From: Chrysomallon squamiferum
Lineage: Eukaryota > Animalia > Mollusca
Assembly (NCBI GenBank): GCA_012295275.1
Contig: CM022676.1
Coordinates: 1,240,001 to 1,304,000 of the forward strand
Direction: 5' to 3'
DNA length: 64,000 bases
The notes beneath the pieces were generated by a model. The model did no database searches. It was not told where the DNA came from and saw nothing but the letters and a program-made list of their open reading frames with translations. Of the stretch, positions 43,282 through 54,100 are shown one piece after another; within the stretch, counting starts at the first letter, position 1, and each line of letters opens with the position of its first letter. The translations under genes and the position numbers were made by a program.

Positions 43282-43321
43282 AGTCATAGATAGATAGATA
43301 GAAGGATAGATAGAGATAGAG
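43150..43321. repeat. (ATT)n followed by (CTAT)n and inverted (ATAG)n
   Basis: Direct reading. Confidence 0.92.
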
Positions 43322-43939
43322 ATTTAAGAAATTAACTCATATATCGTTTTGTGTTATTTTTTCAGAACAGAACGAAAATCGTCTTGTTAGATTATATTAT
43401 ATATCTGTATATTGCTTGTAAATTTAGTTTTGAAAAGTAATAAAAGTATTCTGTTTTATTTATTAGTTGTTGTTTTGGGGTTTTTTTGGCCTTTATCATG
43501 TTATATATATTTTTTTAAATGATTTAAGTGTACAGATAAAATACCTAAATATATTTTTACATTTCTTAGTTATTGTCGATCAGTTAGGTCCAGTCATTGC
43601 TAATAATAAAGTATTATAATTAGAATAAGGTGTAGATGTTCAGTTTCAGTTATATAAGTTGTTGTTGTTTACAATATAATATACGGTTCTCACATCAGTA
43701 GAACGGAATAAACTTAACGGGATCCTTAAACATCTTAAACTAATACGGTGTTCATATGCATTTAAATAGACGTTAATACGTCATTATTGGCTTAATTTAA
43801 AATGTGATAATCGGTTAGTTATTTGTAGTTTCAAAAGACTAATAGAGTTAGTTGCATAATTTAAAAAATAATTAGTTATTTTCCAATTTTACTGCCCAAA
43901 CATAAATCTAAAGTATTTATATTTTTAAAAAGGAATTAT

Positions 43940-44116
43940 TTCAACGTCAGCGACAGACGAGTTGTCTCTCCTGTCACTATAGAAATATAATAGTAATTGA
44001 GCGTAGTAACGACGTTATTTTGTTAAGGCAGTTTATGAGTCGGTTTATATCCAAAATTATGAGCTGTTTGAAAAGTGACTTCAGTTAACGAGGACTAAAA
44101 AACACGTATGTTTCAG
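43940..44116 (+). promoter_or_regulatory. CpG-rich candidate promoter / first exon with RFX X-box-like GTCACTATAGAAAT (43973..43986)
   Basis: Local CpG cluster ending in strong donor CAG|gtacgg at 44116/44117. Confidence 0.4.
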
Positions 44117-45197
44117 GTACGGGTACAGAAAACGTCTAATCAGTGACGTTTTAATAAAAGTTATAAATTTTACAATAAAGTCTTTGTTAAGACTAAATAA
44201 ATATTAATTAATTAGAGCAACTCTATTACTGCTGCTAGCATAGAGTTGGGTAAAAGACCATTCCCCATTAAGGAAAATATATATTTCATACTATATTTAG
44301 CCACTTTCCCCCGTTTAGAGCAATAAATATAATTTATGCACAGAAGAATTGAATTTCTGGCAATACATTATCAGTGACCATTCTTCAAACTAAAACATGA
44401 GTACTAATAATCATAAAATATTATAAGAATTTGTCAAAAATACGAAATTTAACAGAATAAAGCTTTGGAAAATAGGAGGAATGTAACTATGACGTCAGTC
44501 GAATATTAAGATGTAGCTTCTGGTTTCAGTCAAAATACACACTTTGCAACAAAACCAGAGGGCCTTTTACCCAACTCTACCCTGTTCTTACTACTACTAT
44601 GACTAGTGTTGCTACTACTACTATATATTTTTTTGATTTTTACTGCTACTCTTACTTGTCTACTACTACTACTGCTATTACCACTATTCCTGCTGCTGCT
44701 GTTTCAGCTATTACTACTACTTCTGTTGGTGTTGTTGTTGTTATTGTCAGAGAGATAAAGGGACCTTCACCTCCATCCAATGGTTGAAAAAATTGATTAA
44801 GTAAAGGGGCTCAACTCAAAATCAAAAACATTTACGATAATGTTTTTTTATGATGATAATGGTTATAATAATAGTTATTATTATTATTATTATTATTAAT
44901 ATTATTATTATTATTATTATTATTATTACATGCTAATTGTTGACATTTTGTAATTCTTTTCCAGTACCAGTATAGCAGAAGATGTCTATTATTTAAAGCA
45001 ACCAACATTAAAATTTGAACAAATTATGTTTTGAATTGTTTAGCAGGCTTACTTTTGGGTATATAAACTTTGATACGTTTTAGAAATATGTTTGCATTAC
45101 TGTAGTCACATTAAACAAGAGAAACACTGCTTTCCAAATTCAGAGATTGATTCAGAGTACTTTACTCTGGTTATTGTTAAAATTAAAACACATTATC

Positions 45198-45240
<43 letters not shown>

Positions 45241-45995
45241 TATGAGTGGTAAAACGAAATCTAAATCAGAAACATATTAAAGTTTTTAAATTATAATTTA
45301 TATTTTTGTTTATTTATTTATTTTATTTTATTTTTATTTTTTTTTTTTGAGCTTTCCATCTGAGGTTTGCAGATCCTCAAATGTGAGTATTAAAAGTAAT
45401 TCCAAAACTTTACAGAATATAAAAAATATCAATATTAAAAGTAGATGATGAATATCAACAGAATATTTCTTATACTATACTGAAAATACAAAGTCACTAA
45501 CATTAACAGAAAACAATTTTGAGAAATTTGGACATTTGGACATTTATCTATTTCACTTTGACATTAACTGAATACAGTTAATGATTAAATATTTCTAAAA
45601 TTAATGTTTAATTCATTTTGACTGAGAAAAATAATGACAAATGTCTTTTCTTTTAAGAACTTAGAATTGTTTTGAATAGAACATAACATGTTTTAAAAAG
45701 AATGAATGTATTTTTATAATATTTTAATAAGGAACTCATGTATCAAAACAGACAAGCCCAAGAACTGTTAAAGATCTTAATTAGAGAAGTTAATATGTAT
45801 ATTTGTTGTGGTTGTTTCTGTCACATTAGAAATCAGAATAAATAAGATCACGTTAAAGGGAGATAATTATCTCTCAATAATTTATTTTTATTGTATTAGT
45901 ACTTTGATAAGCATATGTACATGTGAACACCCACGCACAACACACACCCCAAACACACCCACATCCACTGATCATACTAATTATGGCTACAGTAC

Positions 45996-46055
<60 letters not shown>

Positions 46056-46436
46056 TTATAATAATAAAATAAATTATTTTAAAAAGAAAATCATTAAAAT
46101 ACCTTTGACAATCAGATTAAATATAGACTTGCACATTAGTAACATTATGTTTATTTTTTATATGAAAGAACTGAATTTACTTTTTCTTTCAAATATGACT
46201 TTCTGTAAACAAAAACATTTACAGTGAAACATCATAATCAATGGATACATGAAATAAAAAAGGTAACATTAATTATATTCTCCAGTTTGAAAAGGCTGAT
46301 AATTTTGTTCAAAGTAATTCCTGCTATTTTCCTATTTAAGTACAGAACATTAATTAAAGAATTTATATTTTAATTCAGTTAACACATAATGAAATATCTC
46401 CCACAAGAAAGTAATTAACATACACACAGACACATA

Positions 46437-46487
<51 letters not shown>

Positions 46488-48861
46488 CATAAATGAACTG
46501 CAACAGTGAATAAAAATGTTAACAAACAAAAAAATAAACTCAAAATAAATAAATACCATCATAATGGATGACTGATAAATACAGTTAAAAATAATACAAT
46601 AATAATAATAATAGTAATACCAACAACAACAATTACAATTATAATAATCTTCAAAGTCTACTAGGTTGTGGACTGAATCTGTTTAGATAGTAACATGTAT
46701 GTTTTATGTGAGTTCTGAAAATAAATGAAAAGATCCATGCCTTCATTTGTTAATAAAATAATTGCTTTAGTTTGAATTATAGCAATAACAAAATCATGTT
46801 GTTTTTTTAGTACAATTAGTAAACTGCTTTAATTTAAATATCACAGATGCATTCTCCAGAAGGTTGTTTGAATATTAAAAACTATCAAATGTTAATTATA
46901 AGTTATTACTGCCATCAAGTAATCCAAGTGAGAATTTTCAAAATTATTTCTCATTTATCTATTTCATTTGGATATTAATTAAAACATAATTAATGATATG
47001 TTTTTTTAAATTAATATTTAAAATATTATAATTTATATTATTTGCATCAACATGTTAAAATTAAAAAACACACACACACACACACACACACACTATTACT
47101 TTTAGACTTCCAGATTTATAACATGAATTTTATTTTTTATATGAAAGAACAAAAAAATGTTTTTTCTTTAAAAAATATTTATGGTGACAATTAAACACAG
47201 GGAAACAGCATAATAAATAAAGGACAAAGTGTAAATGTTTATATAATTTGCTCCAGTTTCAAAAGAATAAATAAGTCACTAGACTAATGAAATAAATTAA
47301 TTTAATTTCAAATAATTCTTGTTTGTTTTTGTTTTGTTCTTTTGGGGTTTATTTCTTTTGTTGTTGTTTGTTTTTAATGTTAATAACAGTCTCTATTTTA
47401 TTAAAAACTAATTAATTCCATAATGTTTATAAATTCAACAGAATATCAGTGACTGTATTTCTTTCTTGAATAAATGTAAAATTTACTGTATGGTTGAATA
47501 TATAATTTTACTTATTTATTTATAGGACTGTGAATGTAAGATAACACATTTTATCAACTGGACAAAAGGCAACAAAGAATATTATATTTTCTAAGTTTTA
47601 AATATTTATTTCTAGGTTTCGCCAGAGACGAAAACTCTTAAAAAGAAATATGTAAAAGACAGAAAAATACTGAGTAGTAGGTTTAGAGAATAATCAGTTA
47701 CTAAGTTACTGACATTTTAGACTTGAAAGTTTATTTATTTACAGTGTTTGAGAGAGAGAAGCAGTGGAGACCAGAAGTCAGAAGAAGAAACTGAAAAGGG
47801 CACAAAGTCTTATCATCCGAAGGTGAAAGTTAAACAATGTGATTAGGTCTGGGCATTAACAGGAAATAAAAAATAAATCAGATATCACTGTAAACCCCTA
47901 AAAACAACAAAGATGAAAGATTATAAAAATAATAATAATAAAAAATACATAATATTACTGATATTAAACAGCATTTGAATATGAGAATGTAAACAGTATT
48001 TATGATAAAATTATTTTGAATAACATTGAAAAAAAAGGACTTAATTTTTATATACCGTATATACTTGTGTATAAGTTGAATTTTTGGGAGACTATATTAA
48101 GGTAATATTTTGGGGGTCGACTTATACATAGGTAATGCTTTTGTAGCTGTTGCTGAAGAGTCGCCATTTTGACTATTTTTTGCTACGGGATGCATCTAAA
48201 ATAATGCGGTCTTTCAGCTTTTCAAAAATATAATTTTATCATATAAAAAATTTTGAAAAATTAAATAACAAAACCAAATATGAATATAAAACATGATATT
48301 CTTCCGTTTAATGGCATAAAAATACATTTTAAAGCGAGAAAACCGTCAGTACGGCGTTATGCCTTACGGCCTCTTGCAATGATCTAGGAATGCAGACTTC
48401 TCTGCCAAATTGCACTAAACATCGGTCCTAATTTCATAAACAAAACTCACTTGTGTAATTGAAAATAATTTGGTTAAATAATATTGCAATCGTCATTAAT
48501 ATCCACTACCGACAAATTTTGTAAATCATAGAACGGCTAAATATAACGGTAAGTTAGGTCTCCATGTTAGACCTATTACATTAAAGAGATACTATTTATG
48601 ATACATTTAGGCTATAGCTCGTGTAATACATGCATTTACGTTATTATGGTATGTTCGTGCAAGTTACAGCTCGTGCAAGTTATGTTACAGTAGGCGTACA
48701 ATGTAGGCCTTCATGGCACTGTCACACTGGTCTAAAAATAGTGACGGTGCCTGGAATCTACAGTCGACTTATACACAAGTAATATCTAAAATGATGCAAT
48801 TTTTGGTCTTAAAATACACATCGACTTATACATAAGGTCGCCTTGTACACAAGTATATACG

Positions 48862-48892
<31 letters not shown>

Positions 48893-49913
48893 ATATTTTC
48901 AATGGCTTTACACATCCACAATTTTCACTTATACACAAATTAAATTATGTTTTAACTCAATTACTAAAAAGATCTTTTGAGTTTCTTAATGTTGCTAAAT
49001 GTTACACAATAAAACATGACTGCCACTGAGTTTCAGACTGATATAAAAATTAAATATTTAAAATTAGTAGTTTTCAGGAATATGCGGACATTAAACAGTT
49101 ACATCAGGACATTAAAGTTAATTAAAAATATTTATTTAAGTATTTAATTAATGATAAAATAAGATATTATTTACATCTACTTGCAGCCTGAAAATAAAAA
49201 TAAGAAAAAATATTGAAACAAAATTAAAAGACAATTAATTTTCATGAATATTAATTTCTTTCAAAATAGTAACGTACAGTCTGTGAAGAAGAAATACAAC
49301 CAGAATCAGTTAATAACAAAGTAAAATTTCATTAAGAATCCCAGTTATGTTAGAACATTAAAATTACTTTGTTAGCCATCTGCTGGTAACTAGTGTTATG
49401 TTATTTATATTAAAATTTCATTTATTTATACATTTTTATTGTTAACCTACATTAATGTTTATTATCCAGAAAAAATCACTGAGTGATACCAGTTTGTGTA
49501 AAATTATTAATTATTTTAATCACTTTAGTTAACAAATGTTTTCAAATTTAACAATATAAATTACTTGTATATCATTGTTTTTATAATATTTATGACTTAT
49601 TATCAATCATTGTAATGAAAAAACAGATTAGAAATACTTTAAATAAAATCTGTGCTATTATATTAATATACATTTTTATATGTTTATGATCAGTTTTAGT
49701 GTCTATAAATGAAATTTTAGATTTATAAATTGATTTCAATATATATATTTTGTTCTTTTATTAAAATATTAATTTAGTTTTTTCTTTCTAAATTATACTT
49801 AAAATGTGTATAATCTGTCATAAATAAGACCAAAATCATGTTTGATTATTTTAATAATTGCTTTAAAGTATTCTTTTCATTTTCAGATCAGGACATCTAG
49901 TGTAGGTGTGTGA
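44108..49913 (+). CDS. Hypothetical micro-exon gene (~107 aa); hand-built join 44108..44116,44751..44800,45352..45382,45732..45788,46687..46696,46847..46862,47526..47535,47616..47651,47745..47822,49887..49913
   Basis: Phase-compatible GT-AG chain with no internal stops. The last three exons (VSPETKTLKKKY / CLRERSSGDQKSEEETEKGTKSYHPK / IRTSSVGV*) have good sites. Several upstream sites are weak (GAG acceptor, gttaat and gttgtt donors). Confidence 0.35.
44241..44579. mobile_element. MITE-like element with 19-bp TIRs (hAT-like TAG terminus)
   Basis: TAGAGTTGGGTAAAAGACC at 44241 and GGCCTTTTACCCAACTCTA ending 44579 (1 mismatch); no TSD visible. Confidence 0.7.
45997..46053. repeat. (AAT)n microsatellite
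   Basis: Direct reading. Confidence 0.95.
46124..47265 (+). repeat. Diverged direct duplication (46124..46294 vs 47103..47265, offset ~975 bp)
   Basis: Shared collinear words TAGACTT, TTTTTTATATGAAAGAAC, GAAACA.CATAAT, CTCCAGTTT.AAAAG. Confidence 0.8.
48055..48861. mobile_element. Non-autonomous Tc1/mariner-superfamily (pogo/Tigger-like) MITE, ~0.8 kb
   Basis: TIRs TA|CCGTATATACTTGTGTATAAG and CTTGTACACAAGTATATACG|TA (19/20 match); TA flanks; repeated subterminal (G)TCGACTTATAC; CpG-rich interior; no ORF. Confidence 0.85.
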
Positions 49914-50599
49914 CAAAATTTTCTAAAATATTTTATAATATTCAAACCAATATACTGGTATCAAAATGAAGCATGTTGGCAACGCTCGTTAATTTTAATT
50001 AATTAATTGATACAGTTAGCTCAAAATAACGTACCTTAAGCATTAATTGTCATTATGGAATTCTCAAAAAATTCATAGAAATTAAACAAATATACAATTA
50101 ATAAAAAATAAAAAAGTATTAAAAATATTTTCTTTTCTTTCTTTTCTTTTTTTTTTTTTTTTTTTTTTTTTTAAGGTTAGTGAACTTTTGAGACCTTTAC
50201 ACATTTATGCATTTTGTTAACAGTAATTTTTTTTTTTTTTTTTTTTTTTTACCAATTAATAACATTAATTAGCGTTAATCTGCCTTACGGCGTCATTATA
50301 GAGAAACCTGAAAAATAATAATAATAATAATAATAATAATATTAATAATAATAATAATAATCAAATAAAAACTATCTCATAAAAATCTAACATAAGAAAT
50401 GTCACGGTAATCAACATCTTCATCAGAAAGAGAATATTATTTAAAACAGGAATAATATGACACAATTACTTAAATCCAACAAAATAAACGAAACATCAAA
50501 TATGATCAGGAACAGCATATAAACATAATTAAATAAATAATTTTTGCCCTATTATTTTATTTTTAACGAATAGATAAATATTTAGGAGGCTTTTTTATT

Positions 50600-51144
50600 C
50601 GGGCAGACGTGAATGTTTTAAAACAGAATAATGAAATTAGGTTCTGGTACAAAATAGAAAGAAATGACGTCGTAGACAGTAACAAGAGGTGCTGAAAGTT
50701 CGACCACTAAAGATAACAAAAGATGCCGAAAAGTCCAGCGATAATTAGAAACAGTTGTATAACTATCCCCAATCGACCCCTGGAAATTCATCAGCCAATT
50801 TAACGATTTTCTATTTAAACTATCCCTTACCTTTACGTGTTTATTATTTTCACCTAATTTAAAAGAAGAAGAAGAAGAAAAATAAAAAATAAATAATTAT
50901 AAAATAATAAAAGTTTAAAACTGGTGTTTGACGATTTTATTTTATTTTTTTATTTTATTTTACTATTACTGTTTCAGTTTTTTATTTATTTATAACGGCA
51001 TCTGTCAGTTATCGGTAATTAATGCGACCCAGAAGAAGGAACAACTTCCGGTTATCTATAGGTTGTCCGGGAGTTTTGATTTCTACTTTTGATAAATTGT
51101 ATTTGATCGTTTTATTTACGTTGAAGTTGTTTGTCATTGTAATA
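50600..51144 (+). promoter_or_regulatory. XRCC1 promoter / 5' UTR region
   Basis: CpG-retaining segment upstream of the ATG; ETS-type ACTTCCGGT at 51044..51052; CRE-like TGACGTCG near 50665. Confidence 0.6.
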
Positions 51145-51195
51145 ATGCCAGAGATAAAAGTTCAGCACATTGTTTCTTGCAGTAGTGAAGATAAG
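51145..51195 (+). CDS. XRCC1: XRCC1 exon 1 (MPEIKVQHIVSCSSEDK)
   Basis: ATG at 51145; donor AAG|gtatga; phase 0. Confidence 0.95.
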
Positions 51196-54100
51196 GTATG
51201 ATAATTATTAATACTCTGCTGCCTCTGCCAATACAATTTTGCCAAAAAATTACAAATTACAATATTTTAACATTTAATGATTTACTGTTTATACATAATG
51301 ATAATTATGATAATAATAATAAAGTACTACAGTTTCGATACATCGATAGTTTTACTATTGTTACTGTTGTAATATACTATTATAATATAAATGAGTTATT
51401 AGTATGCTATATTATATTAACTGTTTACTATACTCTAGTCTTAACAGATTTATAGAGTATAATTTGATTCCACTGTCTATCATTATTATTTGAAATAGAT
51501 TTTGAATTTTTTTTTTGAAAATCGTAATGAATATTAATTATTATCAATATATTAATAGAATAATCCTGCAGATAATTTAAAGAAACCTGAAGGAAGTTAC
51601 AAGTGGAAGTGTGCATTCCCTGGTGAAAAGAGTGTGTCAGTTGTTTTACAGGTAACATTTTTATTGTTATAAAGTTCATAACACAGCCTTTGGATAATCT
51701 TGTGACTTGTCTTTTCTTGCTTATCTAAATAAACTAATTCACATTTTATGTTAAATCAACAAGATATTTTTTTTCCTTCTGATCAACATTGTTACAAACA
51801 GGAATGATTTATATCTTTTTTAAAATTATTTGTAAAGCCAATTAATCAGATATAAAATTATAAGTTGCAAATGCTTCCTTAAGCACATTACTTCAGGTCA
51901 CATTTCTTCCTTTCATTTTCTTTTCATGTCCACCATTCTGCTAACTTTTTTCTGTAGAATTTATTATTACTTTGGCAGTTTTGTTCTACAGAAATGGATC
52001 AAAAGTTCACAAGATCCAAAACTGTAGTTTGACTGTATATATATACAAATAGTATATTTGAATTGTATTTTGTGTGTGTGTGTGTTTTAATTTTAAAATC
52101 ACTATAATTTCAGTTAGAGAAAGCCTGTCAGATCAATGCTATTGACATAGGCAATGAAGGGTCGGCCTTTGTTGAAGTTCTCGTTGGAAAGTCAACAGCA
52201 GTAAGTGATCAGGATTATCAGGTAATTTTCTTTCAAACTGATTTCATTTTATTTTTAAACCGTGCTTATATAACAGTAGTAGTTGCACATTAGCAAGCTA
52301 TGGTTGAATATTTTTTCTGTTCCTCCTAGGTAACTTTCCATCATCTTTCATTAACTTTTATGCATATTACAGCACATTTTCTGCCTATTACTTTTTAGTA
52401 AGCCATATTATACAACCTAAAATGTAATAGATAATGCATAAACATATTTCTTTTCTAAAAGTATGATTAATTAATGTATGGATGTTCAATCTTTCATTTT
52501 TTTGTATTTAATGGATGTTTAATTTACAGGTTATTTTGGTTGCTTCTTCTTTCATGAGTCCAGCTGAAAGTCGAAATGGAACCAACAGGAACTCAGTCCG
52601 GATCTTTGGAGCAGATAAATTATCCAAAACCGTTGCTTGTGAAAAGTGGGATCGTGTAAAAATTGTCTGTACACAACCATTTAATAAGGTAAGTTTTAAT
52701 TATCCACTTGAAACTCATCTTTTATTTATGAAATTATTCAAATGAAACAAAGTTTAAATTGAACTTCTGCATAACATTCTTATGGCCAAAAAGCATATTA
52801 AAAAAAAAAGAGACAATTTAATAATATTGCCATAAATATCTTTGTTTATTCAAAATTTTATTTATGTATTATCTTTTTAATATCTTGTAAGAGATCTAAA
52901 GAGTATTGGTTATGACAAATAAATTCTGTACAATTTAAATTTTTTGTTATTATTCTTGCTGTTATTAAAAAAAAAATTATTATTACATTTATTGTTAGTA
53001 CTGTTAATACTCAACAGTATACTAAGTTGGTATCAGTTGTTGTTATAATAATATGATTATTACATAATTTATTGATTTTTTTCAGACAGCTCAGTTTGGC
53101 TTATCATTCATCAAGTTTCATTCTCCATCAGATGAGAAAGATGCTCAGGTGAGATATTAACAAAAATGAAACATCTGAAAGCTGCTTGTTCTGTTGATAA
53201 AACTGCATTTCGTAAATGATTTCACTTTTGCAAAAAATTTCATTCAACTTCATTATTTGTTTTGTAATTTTCTTTATGAAAAACAATTTCGTTCACATAA
53301 TCAAGCCAGTAAAATAAGATATTGTCATTCTTGAAATTATCCAGCTCTCTGCTGTATTATGATTGTATTGTTACTAAAAAAAATTTGGTATTGTTTGTTT
53401 CAGACCAAACCTTCAGGACAGCAGACTTTAGGAGCTTTTAAACTAAAATCAGAAATAGAGGAGAATATTCCAGTGGGTACATTGTTTGCCCACCGCAAAG
53501 ACAAACCAGATCAACCTGTACCAAAAGGTAAAGTTGATTTTTTTTGGCACATGTCTGTCATAAAATATAGTTAAAAATTGAGTGTTATTTATTTACTAAA
53601 AATGTATCTACTGTTATGGTTTGATTTAGTTCTTTCTTATTCATAAAACATTTTTACTTTCTGAATGTTATTTGAAAAAATATTGATTGTGCATGATGGA
53701 GTAGAAAACATTACTTCAGTGATTATAAATAGCCTCATAGGTACAAAGAGATTAATGTACAGTGTATATGGTGGACTGTTTATGATCTAAAAAAATATTC
53801 ATAATTTTACAATTATTTCTTTTAATAATAGATCAGATTACAATTCTCTTATAACTTGTCACCATTGTAGATGCTAACTTCTGACCGTGCATTTTAAAAC
53901 AAGGTACTAAGTAGCACGATGCAGAGTTTCTCATTTCTTTTTTTTTAGTTTTGTTGTTTCAGCTACAGAAGATAGTAACTGGCAGTAACATTTACATAAT
54001 TTGGTACTGATAAAAATAGTGGTCGATCTATGCTTACAAATATTAAAAATTTAACGTATCAAAATGTGCTTTTTCAAAATATAAAATATTTTTTCAGTCA

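Noticed and set aside
228-46562. Supplied 60-124 aa ORFs across the first 46 kb
   Set aside because: Mostly microsatellite or low-complexity translations (CVCV, IYIY, FFFF), often with GTG/TTG starts and no recognisable domain; expected by chance.
51565-51572. Stronger-looking acceptor cctgcag| for XRCC1 exon 2
   Set aside because: Gives an 80-nt exon and a frameshift; the 51559 start preserves frame and conserved length.
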